Below, in pieces: positions 38,362 through 52,225 of a stretch of DNA of 64,000 bases. The number at the start of each line of letters is the position of its first letter. Position 1 is the stretch's first letter. Source of the stretch: Thalia democratica (taxonomy: Eukaryota); contig OZ241829.1 in the NCBI GenBank assembly GCA_965202585.1, positions 73,346,001-73,410,000 of the forward strand, read 5' to 3'. Position numbers and translations under genes: made by a program. The notes beneath the pieces are model-generated. The model was not told the DNA's origin. It was given only the letters and a program-made list of their open reading frames with translations, and did not search any database.

Positions 38362-38640
38362 TTAAATTGCCATCTTTAATCTAGCTGCACTTATCTTAAA
38401 GAAAGTTTTCGGCAACAACAAAGCAAAAAAATAGTGATTTTGAAAATTTATAAACATTATTTATCTTGGCTCCAATGTTTTTATAAACGCTTTAGACTTA
38501 GAAATAGTCGAGTCGGTAAGGCGTCAGACATGTTTGCTTCAAAAGTTTTGGAAGAACAGAACTTCGCACGTTATTTAAGGTTTATTGTGTCTGTGTATGC
38601 AGTAATTTTCTATACAAAAATGTACCAAAAATGAACCAAC

Positions 38641-38774
38641 CTGGCATCTGCAGAAGCGATTGCAGCGTACGCCTGCGATAAATCCATCTCCCACCTCAGT
38701 AGCACCTTCAAGTGGCTCGTCTATTTGCTGGATGTCGCCGTTCCATTCTATTTCCATGCGACCGTTTAGAAAGT
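38641..38774 (-). pseudogene. Third copy of the GDIQQLDEPLEGAT exon (134 nt)
   Basis: ttttaacag acceptor and gttggt donor; directly abuts the RTE fragment, so it is a rearrangement junction. Confidence 0.65.
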
Positions 38775-39624
38775 CTGTTAAAAAAATTCTTATTAATTCA
38801 TTGTAGGTCAATCAGAAAAATTATCAATTTTGTTTTACAAAAACTTGCTTTTTGATTACTTATTTGTTTTAGAATACAGTCATTCCCTATTAAAATTTAT
38901 TTTTCGGCTAAAATATTTATAGACTTATTTCTACTGACTTTTTTAACAAAACAGTCTAGATTGCAAAACGTTGCATAAAACTATGTTTAGGCCCTTTGGA
39001 TGATAAACTTTCAGACGGCTTGTTCTTGTAAGAATAAATTCGTACTTATTAAAATGATAATTGGGACCGCTAGTTAGTTTTCATTACCCAGTGCTCTAAA
39101 ATGTAGTATTAGCAATATATTCTCAAAAAAATTCAAAGATCGCTCATTAATTATAAATAAGGATTTCTCTAATTAGTGTGCTAAGTCTGTTGATTAATGT
39201 AGGGAGCATAGAGTGGGATTTATTCTCACATATACACTTTTACAATCTATGGAAGTTGGATCTGTAAGTAAAAAACGCATTGCTACTCTTTTATTTTTGG
39301 AATATATGCACAAAGACAGTTTTACAATCTGTTTGCAAGTGCACGAAGAAATTTTGCACGGAGGGTCATTTAGGCGAGAGAGTAAAAAATAACACAGAAC
39401 AATAAATAAATTAATTAATTTAAAAAAAAGTTACTGACCTAGAGTAAGGAATAGGGGTAACAGTGAAGGTTAGAAAAAATAAATAAAAAGTTAAATTTAA
39501 TAACGAATTTTTAAGAAATAAAAACTCATCTCGTTTTGAAATTTCTTTGTGCAGAAGTACCATCGTGCAATTTTTGCCTTGATACAGTTTTGTCCCCTCG
39601 TGCAATTTTGTATGATTGTACAAA

Positions 39625-39780
39625 TTTAACAGACTTAAAACTAGAGCTGTGATTTATTATTACGTCACAACAGAACCTTTAAACAGACTTGGGAGTAATT
39701 GTGACGTCACGTTAGAACGTTCAAACAGATTTGACAATGATTATGACGTCACATCAGAACTCTTAGTCATGCTTGTGAGT
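39625..39780. repeat. 42-bp CRE-bearing tandem repeat
   Basis: TTACGTCA 39660, TGACGTCA 39702 and 39744; an inverted degenerate pair of units at about 40665-40740. Confidence 0.8.
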
Positions 39781-41950
39781 AATTCAACTCATAAAATTGT
39801 TACTATTTGAAGTAATGACATTTAAAAATAAATATCAATAAATATAAACACTGAACATAATAAATATAAACATAAATAACACGAATAAAAAGAACATGCA
39901 TGGTATTAAAATATGAATAAGCGAGCTCATAGAAAAAATAATCCCTACTTAAGCCGCAACCACTAAGGAGAAACAAAGTCAGTATTATCTTGTTGCATTA
40001 TTTAGTTTCAAAATTTAGTTCATGAGACTCAAAATCAAAGCTTTCTAAAGAGTTCTCGATTCAATGATTACAAAACACAAATAAATGAACTAAGTAACTG
40101 TTTTAAGCAAGCTTATGTTAAAAAATCTCTTTATTTGAAAAGTTAAAGAAAAAAATTATTCTTCTTAATGTTTTCAAATACACCTTGCTTTCTATTGTGA
40201 CAATTTTAGACTTAGACAAGTGTTTGATTTAAAATACAAAAAAAGTTAAATTAAAATAGAAGGAAATTTGTTGTTGTTAATTTTATTATTGGTGTTTTTT
40301 TCATAACAAATAAATAAACTTTACAGTACTTATCTTTATCTTTTCATTTATAAAAGTTAAGTACATTTTTATACACAAAATTCAGTTAATTTTTGTTTAG
40401 TTTTCTTTTCTTTTATTTCGCTTAGTTGATTGTTTTATTACTAAGGAATTAAAATAGCTCGTAAGAAGCTTTATAAACATGTGGTATACGACTCGATAAC
40501 CGAAAAGTTCTTTTGTACACCAGGTCCTTAGACCAAACTTTTTTAGCGTTTTTTTTTTTTTGTTTTTAAATAAACAATATAATTTGATTTTTGGTAAAAC
40601 ACAAAGGTAGACAACTAAAAGTCATAATTATTCACAACTCTGTTTAAAAGTTCAATAAGACATTTCAATTACTTACAAGTCTGGCTAAAGGTTTTAATGT
40701 GACGCCACGAATACTCCCAAGTCTGCTCGAAGGTTTTGGTGCTTGAAAAAAAAAGACTTATACGGGTATGTTCATATTATACTCGGCTAGACTCTTTAAA
40801 ACGATTCCTTACAAAGATCAAATAGTTATGTTTTATCACTCAATAAGTAACTTGTTTTTTTACAAGCTTAAAACAAGCAAACTTAAACTAGAACGTTGGA
40901 GGGAGATACAGAAAATAGACCGCAGTACTCTACAAGCTGTTGTAATAACAGAAGGGATTTGTAGAAAAAAAATAGGAAAACAGTATATTAATATAAACTA
41001 GTATGAAATAATCCACTCTTTTTTTATTCTACTAAACGTAAAATTAGGCAAAAATTTCATCTTAAATTTTTTACTTTGTTATTTGCATGCCTTAATTTTA
41101 GAGTGTTTTACTACCTACTGTTTGGACATTGCAAATAAAAAATAGTTATTATAATGGCTTACTAATTACATAACAAGCTATGCTAACAATTTTCTACATT
41201 AAACTATTTAAAATATTAAACAAAAGAGATGATAACTTATATATAAAAGAATTATAATTTTCATAACTGGTTTATAAAAAATAACATAAAAACATAAAAA
41301 AAACATTTTTCAAAAAAGAATAACTTTAGTATAGATTCAGGACTCAAAAGTGGCTCGTTTTTTCCTTTAGGGGTAAGTATTATTAAGCCATTTGGCGATG
41401 AGCTGCAAAAGGGCTAAAGGGGCTAAAAGGGAGTGCTTAGATACGCTTACGAAAATTTTGAAACTAGATATCTTAAGAACAAAAAATGTTTAAGGCTTTC
41501 AAACTTACAGTGAATATTTTTGGGCTTGAAATGAGTGGAATCAATATTTTTATTAGTTTTTGAAAAGGGGACTTAGAAAACGAGTTTATGAAATTTTACG
41601 CTACAAAAATATGGTTAACATAGTTTAGTTAGGCGCAGTGCTTGTTAGTGTACACAATAGGATGCACTCACAATTAAGTGTATTAAGTCCGTATATTAGA
41701 CTATTTATAACCTCAGAGAACGGGGTGATTGTTTTTTTAAGTTTTTTTAAGAGAGCGTTTTAAATAACAAAGTAAAATTCTTAACATATTATGTTTGTAT
41801 ATATTTTTTAAAAACTTTATTATTTAAATTAACTTTAGGGTATAACATTATAAGTGGTAGTTCTTAATTTACTTGTTTAATCAATGAAAGGCTCTTAAAA
41901 GAAAAAAAATTAAAACTTACACAGTGAGTATTATAGATATGAAAATTTAC

Positions 41951-42052
41951 TTGTAGTGCCTTGGATTCCCTTCCACTTAATTGCGTTTCTCAGCACTAAT
42001 GTTGAAAGTTTGTTGCTCGTTTTTCTTATCGAAAATACCATCCACCGTCTAA
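41951..42052 (-). pseudogene. Divergent LTS exon copy (102 nt)
   Basis: tttttcaatag ... CTACAA|gtaaat; shares GAAAAACGAGCAAC with 16926-17021. Confidence 0.5.
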
Positions 42053-44169
42053 CTATTGAAAAATAGAAAATTAGATATGTATTTAAATTAAGATTTTAAC
42101 TGTAAGTTTGATAAGTTTTGCTAAGTTTGCTTCAAAAATAGTGTAGCATTGTCGTTTATACTTATAGTCGTACGATGGTGATGAGGACGATAAGGTGTTT
42201 AGACGTGCTAGTCTTACCACCTTGCACTTCACCCTCAATCAGCGCTCGCTTTGCTGTTTCAGTTATCTTCAGGAAACAGGTGGTGAGCGAGTCCTAAAGT
42301 ATCGAGATTGTTTGTAAACGCAGCCGAAATCGGTCGGTTTAAAGACGATAAGAGCTTAAATAAGAGCAGTACCGAGCTAGATGAGCTAATGATCGCGACT
42401 AACAGAGAATTTTCCAAAGAATAAGATTGAAAAAAAAAGAAAACAACAAAATAAGAAACTGATGCAGAGAGAGAAATTAGAAACAAGGTGAAATTAACTT
42501 CATGTGTATTTTTTTTTACTATTTGTTAATGTTATTTAAACCATCACTGTGCTTAAAATTATATGTAATTTGTATGCAAGTTATTTTATTTGCTTTGTAT
42601 ACGCATAGCCGATTTCAGCGGAAAGAGTACTTATAATTTTAAGCAATATTCGTTGAGAGCTCTCAGAAAATAACCTTTACCAAAAACTCTGAAGAAACTT
42701 GATTTTTTTAGTATACCAACCTATTACCTTAAGTTTGTACCAATAATAGCTGAGAAAAAACATTATGAAAAATTTGTAAAGTTTAGTAAAAATACTAACA
42801 GTGTAGAGTTAATTTTATACCGGTTAAGTTATTTGAGAAAAAGAAATGTTTCACTTATAATAAATACATGTTTAACAACCGTACATTCTAGATAGCTTGG
42901 CAGTTGTTATTGTTGCACACAGAAAACTAAATTTAGAAGACTTGAAATCCATAAAAACTTTGCAAAACATTGCTGAAGTCCAACCTCAAAAAAAAAAAGG
43001 GTGTACTCTAAATTGTCAAGAAGTCAAAATGTTATTTCTGAACAAATTTAAGACTTATTTTTGTTTTGAAAGAGAACCAAAATACTTTAGTTGGTTCATA
43101 TTAACACTTTTTGCTTAAAGAAATTGATCCCCGTTAATAACAAATACGTGTTTACAATGAAGTATAGAAGAACAAAATATTAATGGTAGCATCAGTAATA
43201 AACAAAGAGGAAGAAGTAGAACATAAAGCTTGTATCAAAATTAATGTGAAAATTTTAGTAAACAGCAAGCTATTGTCAGTAACAAGTGCTCAAGATATAG
43301 TTTCAATAAAAGCTCTTTCGAAAAAGCTTGTAGACAGTAACAAATAGAAAAATTTATAGGTACACCAAAAGCATACAGTACACAGATCATAGTTTCTCAC
43401 AAAAAAAAAAGCATTAAACTTAATTAACTTTAGTTTTTATTAAGGTAAATTATATAAAGGTAAAAATATATTTATTACTTTTGAAAAAAAAAATTACTGA
43501 GTTTCACCGCAGAGCGGATTTTCAAATTGCAGATCTGTAGTAAAATAATAATGGTAAAAATTTATAAGTGGTAAACCTTTAAAGGTTGTTCAGCGTCAAT
43601 ATAACTATTATTTTACAATTTCTTTTAATTTTTTTTCAATTATTTCTTAACAGTTTTTAATTATTTGTCATTTTTACCATTATTTTTTTACTACAGATCT
43701 ACAATTTGAAAATCCACTCTGCGGTAAAACTTAGTCGTTGTTATTTCTCAAAAAAAAAATTAATTAGCGATCTTCCTTGTTGATAAAAATAACACAATAA
43801 ATATAAAAGAAAGTTGCATTAGTATCGAGCTTAAGAAAGATGGCGACTTTGTCTAAGCGTAAATGTGTGATATTAAACTTTGGAAGCGAAGCCTCGTTTA
43901 GTGACGTCACACAACTTCAGCTTGAAGAAGTTTTGTTGCGTCACAAACAGCTTTTACTTCGACTGCCTAAGCGAAGCTTGAGACTGAATCAGCAAGTTTC
44001 TTAAAGCCGCACTAGACGACTGTAAAAATTAGGATTCAAGTGTGAAGAATGAACAGTAGCAGCTAATTTTGTACAGTTTTTTATTTATTATTTTAATGTT
44101 TTTGACTTTTACTTGTAATATATAAACGTGAGTTTAAATAAACATAGTATAAACTTTTTTTTATTTTGA

Positions 44170-47100
44170 AAAAGTTACTCAACTTTAATAACAATAAATA
44201 TTTTTTACCGACCTTGATGTAGTATTTGTACAAATTATTTTAAATTGTCCAAATTTTAAGTTCTACACGGTAAAACTTTTCAACACATGTATAATATGTG
44301 ATATTGTTAATCATCATTATTAGAGTTTATTATGCCTTGATGGACTCGGCCATTAAAACCTGAGCCGCTTAAAAATTAAAGAAGAAAAAAATATTAACAA
44401 CGCTTTAGTTATTTTCAAACTATTAAATTTAGTTAAGTAGCCTTTTTAATGGCAATTATACACTAAATTTTTTTTTTTTGAAAAAAATTGCAATAGTTAT
44501 AACTAACCAAAACGTTCATAGCTTTGTTGTTGTTAGATCAAATCTGACGTGACCACTTCGTTTGCGACTGACTAAGCTGTAAAAAATATTTGTTATTAAT
44601 TTAATTTTAAAATCTGTTTTAATATTTCTGTTTAATGTAATTTAGATTTAAACAGATGTACCGAAGAAAAATTATTCTGATAATAATTAAACAGTTGGTA
44701 GGTAATTTTTCACAGTTGTTGAACCACATGTATATGAATAAAATTGCTTAAAAAATTGCTTAATTTATAATTTAATATGGTTTAAACAATACTTTTATCG
44801 AAATAAAAACTTAGGTAACGGTGTTTAAACAATAAGAACCTTATTTATTGAAATATTGTAAACAAAACTTTGTTTATAAACTCGATATCAAAAAAAAAAA
44901 AACTTTTTTGTTACAACAGTTCAATGCTTTAAAGATACAAGTTAAAAACTTAATAAATATTCAATTTCGAGTTGTCAAAAGTTTATTTAGTATTTGCCAG
45001 ATTTTATTAAAAACTTAAGCTTTTTTTGTAGTAACATTTAACATTCAATTAATACTAACAATAATGAAAAAGAGATCAATACTTAAAAGTAGTTCAAGCG
45101 TAAAAAAGATGGCGACTGTGTTTTAGCGTAAACTAGTTTGCAATTTTCAACTGCATATTGCTGCTTCAGCTTTAAAAGTAAAAGAAGTTTGTGACGTCAC
45201 AAACTTCTTTTACCTCTAAGCATGCGAAGCGCTGAAGCTTCAGAGTTGATAAATACATGTAAACAGCGCAGTTCTGTTGTAAAAAATCAATCATCCTTAA
45301 AATAGATCCATATTGACAAAAGGTCGGCGGTGCATATTCTAACTGACTAGTAAAGCGAGCGCTCGTGTGTTATGAATTGTGACGTCATGACTAACTAGTT
45401 TCAGTATATGATGTAGAAATATGAGAGAGGTTTTTCCTGTGTTCGATTATCGGTTTGCTTTCTTGTGCACAATCGTCACTTTTACACGACACTCTTTTTC
45501 ACGAAGGGACACTTTTGCACGAGTGGAAAAATTATGCTCGGCGTCACTTCTGCACGGCGACTTTTTTGCACGGAGGGTCACTTTTGCACACAGAGTCATT
45601 TGTGCACGGCGTCAACTTTGAACAGCGACATTTTTTACGATGACATTTTTCCACGGCAGCATTGTTCACTACGATACTTGTGCACAACGTCATATTAATA
45701 CGGTGATTTTTTTGCACAGCAAAATTTTGGCACGATGACTTTATTGCTCTTTTTATTTTCACGCAACATTAAAAAATAAACTTTCCATACAACTCAAAAA
45801 TAACCATTAAGTAAAAATCTTAAACTTCTTAAACTTCATAAATAACTAACATAATTAACTAAATTATTTTTCTTTAGTTTAATATTTAATTAAAGTTAAT
45901 TAAAGTATTTGTTAAACAACTATTAAAGTTAATTTTAGATTTAATATAAGTAAAAAATCGGTCTCGGAATTCGTGTTTTAAAGTCCAACTTCATTAAATT
46001 TATATTTCTGTTTAAAACTAATGAAATTCAATTATTTTCTTTAAGTCATTCAAAATGGTTTTAATGTAATAGTAAAAAACTGTACTTATCTATTATATTT
46101 TAATCAGGATTATAAATATGAATTAAAAGAATTGTAGTACGTTATTACATTGGTCTATGTATAACTTTAAATAAAAACTTTCCATTAAAAATCAATCACA
46201 TTTTATTCATTCAAAGCAATTTGCGTTTAAAAGCGAATTTTATTTAAGTCGACAAAATAAAAGTATATTTAATCTATTTAAATTTTTATTAAAGAAAATA
46301 AAGATTAGAAGCGTGCAAAATAAAAGCTCCGACCAAAATTGACTAATTGATTAAAATTTTTGCAATTCATAAGTATATCCCAGAAAATATAAGCTGTGCA
46401 AAAGATACGCTTTGCAAAAATATCGCCATGCAAACGTAACGTCGTGCAAAAGTTTAGACGTTTAAAAATTTTGTCCTGCAAATATGACCCTGTGTGCAAA
46501 AGAGTCGCCGTGCAAAAATGTCTCTTCGTGCCAAAGTGACGTCCGTGTGAAAGTGACGCCGTGCAAAAGTGTTCCCTCGGGCTAAATAAACATTCGTGCA
46601 AAAGTGTCCCCTCGTGCAAAAGTGACACCCACCCATATATAGTATGCCATAAGGTGCTAATACCACTGTTTTAATGAAACTCGAGGATACTGACATTTTT
46701 TTCTGTCGAAACAATCATAGTTTAGATAACATATTGTCGCTTGATACACTAGTTTTTAAAAACAACTACCGAAATTGTTTTACAAATATGTACAAGACAA
46801 CAAAAGTATTCATTTGCCTACAAAAACTTATGTCGACTGCAGCTTCAATTGTTTTCTTTGATACGATAATTTTATAGTTTCATGATTAGTAAGTTCTATC
46901 AGAGCTTTAGCTGTATTGACTGCAGCTCGCACATTAGAAAAATTTTAAGTACGATATATCAAAAATTAAAAAAAAAAAAAAACTTAGCAGGAAAATAAAC
47001 GACAATTATAAACCTGAGAAGAAATATTTTAGCATTATTCATGTCATACTTTACCACTTTAAAATATCTTACGGTTTAGGCTATCATAACAAAATTTATA

Positions 47101-50100
47101 TCAGTTTAAAGCTCTATTGTTGAATGTTTATATAATTTTTAGTTTTAGTTTTAGATAGTAAAGCTTATGCATTTTTTTAACTTAAACTATAAAATTGAAA
47201 TTTTTTGTACAAATTTTTGTCTATTATTTTAAAAGCTTTGACCCTTACTTGCAGTATAAAAACGTAAGTTAAAATAAAAATACATAAAAACTTTATTTTT
47301 TCGAAAAATTTATTCCACTTTAACAGTAAGTATGGCGTTAAATAATTTTTACCGACTTTGATGTAATAATTGTACAAAATACTTTAAATAGTCCAAACTT
47401 ATATAAATTGTAAGACTTTTAAACATATGTATAATATCGTTGATAAACTAAGAAAATATTTTAACAACGTTATAGTAGTTTTAAAACTATTAAACCTAAT
47501 TAGGTAGCCTTTAAATGGCAATTATACACTAAAATTGTTTTTTTTTCCAAAAATTGCATTAGTTAGTAGTGAAACATTAATTTATAACTAACCAGAATGT
47601 TCAAAGATTCGTTGTTTAATCTAAACTGACGTAATTACTTCTTTTGCGGATGACTAGGCTGTAAAAATTATTCATTCATAATTTTATTTCACATAAGTTA
47701 GTTTAATGCTGTTTTTAGATTAAAACAAATGTACTGTAAAAAAATATTCTGATAGTAATTAAACATTAAACATTCGATTGGATTTAAGGCAAAGTTTAAA
47801 GTTTAGTTAAGTTTTAAAATCAATATAAAACAATAACAATTATACAAGCTGTATGTAGCTTTCTTTTTTCTTTTAGCTAATTTTCAAAGCAAATATTGTT
47901 TAAGAAAAATTGTAGTTAATAAAGTGAGCTTAAAGTTGAAATGCAGTTGATATTAAAATATCGTTAATAACTTATTTATAAATTCTATTTAAAACATAAA
48001 ATTTAAAAATAGAATACTTTTTTTGGTATAAGAGTTTAATTGTTTTAAGAGTTATAAAACATAACAAATACTCAATTTCGAGTTGTCAAAAGTTTATTTG
48101 GTATTTGCCAGTTTTTATTAAAAACTTAAGCTCCTTTTATAGTATCATTTAACATTCAATTAATGCCAACAATAATGAAAAGGAGATCAATACTTAAAAG
48201 TAGTTCAAGCGTAACAAAGATGGCGACCGTGTTTTAGCGGGAATTAATTTGTGTTCTTCAGCTTCAAACTGCTGCTTCAGCTTTGAAAGCAAAAGCCGTT
48301 TGTGACGTCACAAACGGCTTTTGCCTTCAAGCAGAAGAAGCGCAGAAGCTTCAGAGTTGTTAAAGACATGTGAACCGCGCAGTGCGGTTGTAAAAATTCC
48401 ATTTTCACCATGATCATATCGTCAAAGACAAAAGGTAGGCGGTGCAGTTTGGATGTGACTAGTATTGTGAAAGCGGGCGCTCGTGTGTTATGAATTGTGA
48501 CGTCATGATTAACTAGTTTTAGTAAATGATGTAAGAATATGAGAAACATTTTACTGTGTTCGATTATCGGTTTGCTTTCTTGTGCACGAGAGTCACTTTT
48601 GCACGGCATCACTTTTGCACGGCATCACTTTTGCACGAGTGGAAAATTTTGTTAGGCGTCACTTTTGCACGGCGACTCTTTTGCACGGAGGGTCACTTTT
48701 GCACGGCATCACTTTTGCTGGAGTGGAAAATTTTGCTCGGCGTCACTTTTGCACGCCGGCTCTTTTGCACGGAGGGTCACTTTTGCACACAGAGACATTT
48801 GTGCACGGCGTCAACTCTGAACAGCGACATTTTTTACGATGACATTTTTCAAGGGAGCATTGTTCACAACGATACTTGTGCACAACGTCACAATTATACG
48901 GTGATTTTTTTGCACAGCAAAATTTTGGCACGATGACTTTATTGCTCTTTTTTATTTTCACGCAACATTAAAAAATAAATTTTCCATACAACTAAAAAAA
49001 ACTATTAAGTAAAAACGGAAATTTCATACACTTCATAAATTAACTAAAATATTTTTCTTTAGTTTAAAAATCGTTTAGAAATAAAATTAGATTAAAATCT
49101 TTGTTAAACAACTATTAAAGCTAATTTTAAGCTCAAGAAAATATAAATAAAAAATCGGTCTCAAAATTCGTGTTTTAAAGTCATACTAACTTAAATTTAT
49201 ACTTTTGTTTAAAATTGATGAAGTTTAGTTTATTATTATTTAAATTATTTAAAATTATTTTAATTTTAAAGTAAAAAACTGTACTTACCTATTATATTTT
49301 AATTAAGATTATAAATATAAATTAAAAGAATAGTAGTAGATTAATATATTGTTCTACGTATAACTTTAAATAAAAACTTTTCATTAAAAAACTATCACAT
49401 TTTATCCATTCAAAACAACTTGCGTTTAGAAGCGAATACTGCTTAAGTTGACAAAATAAAAGTATATTTAATCTATTTAAACTTTTATTAAAGAAAATAA
49501 AGATTAGAAGCGTGCAAAAGTGAAGTTCCGTTCAAAATTGACCGATTAATTAAAATGTTTTCAGCACATAAGTATATCCGTAAAAATATAACGCTGTGCG
49601 AAAGATACGCTTTGCAAAAATATTGCCATGCAAACGTAACGTCGTGCCCAGTTTAGACGTTTAAAAATTTTGTCGTGCAAAAATGACCATGTGTGCAAAA
49701 GAGTCGCCGTGCAAAAATGTCCCTTCGTGCGAAAGTGACGACCGTGCAAAAGTGATGCCGTGCAAAAATGTTACCTTGGGCTAAATAAACGTTCGTGCAA
49801 AAGTGTCCCCTCGTGCAAAAGTGACACCCACCCATATACAACATGCCATAAGGTGCTAATATCACTGTTTTAATGAAACTCGAGGATACTGACATTTTTG
49901 TCTGTCAAAACAATTATAGTTAAGATAGCATATTGTCGCTTGATACACTAGTTTTTAAAAACAACTACCGAAATTGTTTTACAAATATGTACAAGACAAC
50001 AAAAGTATTCATTTGCCTACAAATGATCATCTATTAATGGAAAATTTTCAAATAACGTAGCATAATTTGTAGATGTTGCAATTCAAGTCGTCAGTGATGT

Positions 50101-52225
50101 AATATGTGTGCTGACATAGAACTGTTTCATTGTAGAGAACCTCAACATTAGTAAAACAGCCTGAAATGGAATGATGCTCACTTTTTACCGCAGTGATTCT
50201 AGACCAGGGTTTCCAAAATTATTTTTTAAAAAGCTTTTTTAAAGAAATAAAAAAAAGTTATGATCCTACCTAACAGATTATAGAATAACAGATTTACTCA
50301 AAAAACTACCATTAAAAATACGTAAAACCGTTTTTTTTTTTAATTTTCATCAGCTGTTCTGGAATATCTAGTTTAAGTTTCAAATTACGACCTTTTTTCC
50401 CCCTTTGCCCTTTCCCTCCGTGGCTCCTTTACTGCGAATAGTCCCCAAGGGGACCACTTCGCTAATTTTTTGAAACCCTTTTCTAGACCTACTAAGTGTT
50501 TGTGCACAGTAGGTTTAGATATGTTAGTCAAATTCTCAGGTCGTTAGAAAAGTAGGGTTTACAAAAATGAGCTATTATGACGTCAGAAGTAACACAAAAA
50601 GTTCTAATGACGTCATAATTCACTCAAGCTTCACAAGCCGAATCTCAAAGCGAAATCACCAACAGGATTTGAAGTCAGAGACACAACCGTTTCAAATTAT
50701 TTCAAATGATTGTAAAAATAATCAAAGTCTGCTCTTTCTAAAACAAACAGAAATTAGTCGAGCCTCTAAAAAGAGATACCTCTCGAAAACAGACAACCTA
50801 TCCAGTGGAGTTGTAGACTGGTCAACAAAAAGAGTATGAGTTTAAAAGGAGTAAACAAAACAATAACCTGAAAAAAAAAAAACAGAAACAATTGCTGAAA
50901 GACACCTGGTTTGATATCGAAGACATTCAAATCACAAAGAGTGGATGGACAAGGATATCATTGGCGACAACAAATACATTAGTAAATAAGGTTTTATTAT
51001 TTGCCGAACATATATATGAACGATTATATTATGTGCTCAGAACCAAAAGACATAAATTTTTTATGCAATCTTTACAAATTAAGATGGTGCTTACCAATGG
51101 TTCTTGTTTGTTTTACTATTTGCCGCTGCAATTTAAACTACAAAGTAAGCAAGTAGGTGCACGACTTTTATTGATAAACACATGCAACATAAATTTGCCT
51201 GTTTCCACTAAATGTAGTACCACAGTAGATATCTACTGATTATCCAACAAATTTTATCCAGCTACCTTTTACTGAAACTAGCAGGTTTTCAGAGTTGATT
51301 GAATAGATTTATGATTCGGGTGAAGTATAATGAACGTGAAACGCATTTTTGAATACAGCACGTACAATTATTCTTAAGTTTACGTCTTTTAACTAACTTT
51401 TAGGATAAAACATGAATAGTAGAGTATATCTCAATGTATTGTTTGATAAAAAACAAAACTGTGCAAAAAGAGGTTTAATCTGACAACTTATACAGTAATA
51501 CAAATAACACCAGTGCATGTATATGATATGGGAATGGGTCAAATATTCACGAAGGGACACTTTTGCACAAAAGGTCACTTTTGAACGAAGACGCTTTTTC
51601 ACGATGAGTCACTTTTGTACGAAAACATTTTTGCAAGTGTTAAACTTTTTTTTTTTTTTTATCTATTCTTTATTTTTTTTTTTTTGATCTTTTATTATTA
51701 TAGATAAAAAAATCAAAAAAAAAAAATCAAAAAAAAAGTTTAACACTTGCAAAAATGTTTTTGTACAAAAGTGACTCATCGTGAAAAAGCGTCTTCGTTC
51801 AAAAGTGACCATTTGTGCAAAAGTGTTCCTTCGTGAATATTTGACTCATACCCAAATTTTTACTATCACTATTAGCCCTTACCTTACCCTGGACGGTATT
51901 TTTTTTTCGTTATTAATTAGTTTTTTAAATTAGATTTATAGCTTTTTAGTTTTTTTTGTTATTATTATTACACCTAGCCCTTACCCTCAACCGATTTTTT
52001 TTTGTTGTTTTTCAATAATAGTTTTCATAATCTATTCTTTTATATCTATTTTTACTACAACTGCTACCCCTAACCCTTACCCTTGGTCGGTAACCTCTTT
52101 TTAATCTTTTTTATTATTTTATTATTTTATTTTTCATTTTTCGTATCGTTTTTTTTTCTGTTTAGTTTTATTCTCGTGCAAAAATGACCCTTTATGTAGA
52201 AATGATCTTCCTTGCAAAAGTTCTG
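44170..52225. repeat. Two head-to-tail copies of module P (44170-46822 truncated; 46823-52225)
   Basis: Junction TTTGCCTACAAA|AACTTATGTCG at about 46822; both copies are colinear with 1590-12500 and 58840-64000. Confidence 0.9.
51530..51853. repeat. Foldback (about 125-bp inverted arms, A/T-tract spacer) in the TGCACG MITE
   Basis: Arms differ at about 5 positions and share variants absent from the 11.9-kb paralog, which lacks the second arm. Confidence 0.85.

Larger units (their letters stand above)
29990..38630. repeat. Segmental duplication module Q, copy 2 (with Penelope, TGCACG and TTAA insertions)
   Basis: Colinear with 53250-58820 from TACGGTGTCA onward. Confidence 0.9.

Noticed and set aside
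27420-39780. 42-bp and 17-bp periodic arrays as CRISPR-like
   Set aside because: The units are degenerate tandem repeats without unique spacers; the context is eukaryotic with no cas genes.
50892-51239. 115-aa plus-strand ORF
   Set aside because: Paralogs at about 11.2 and 63.5 kb have frameshifts and stops, and it lies antisense to better-supported minus-strand exons.
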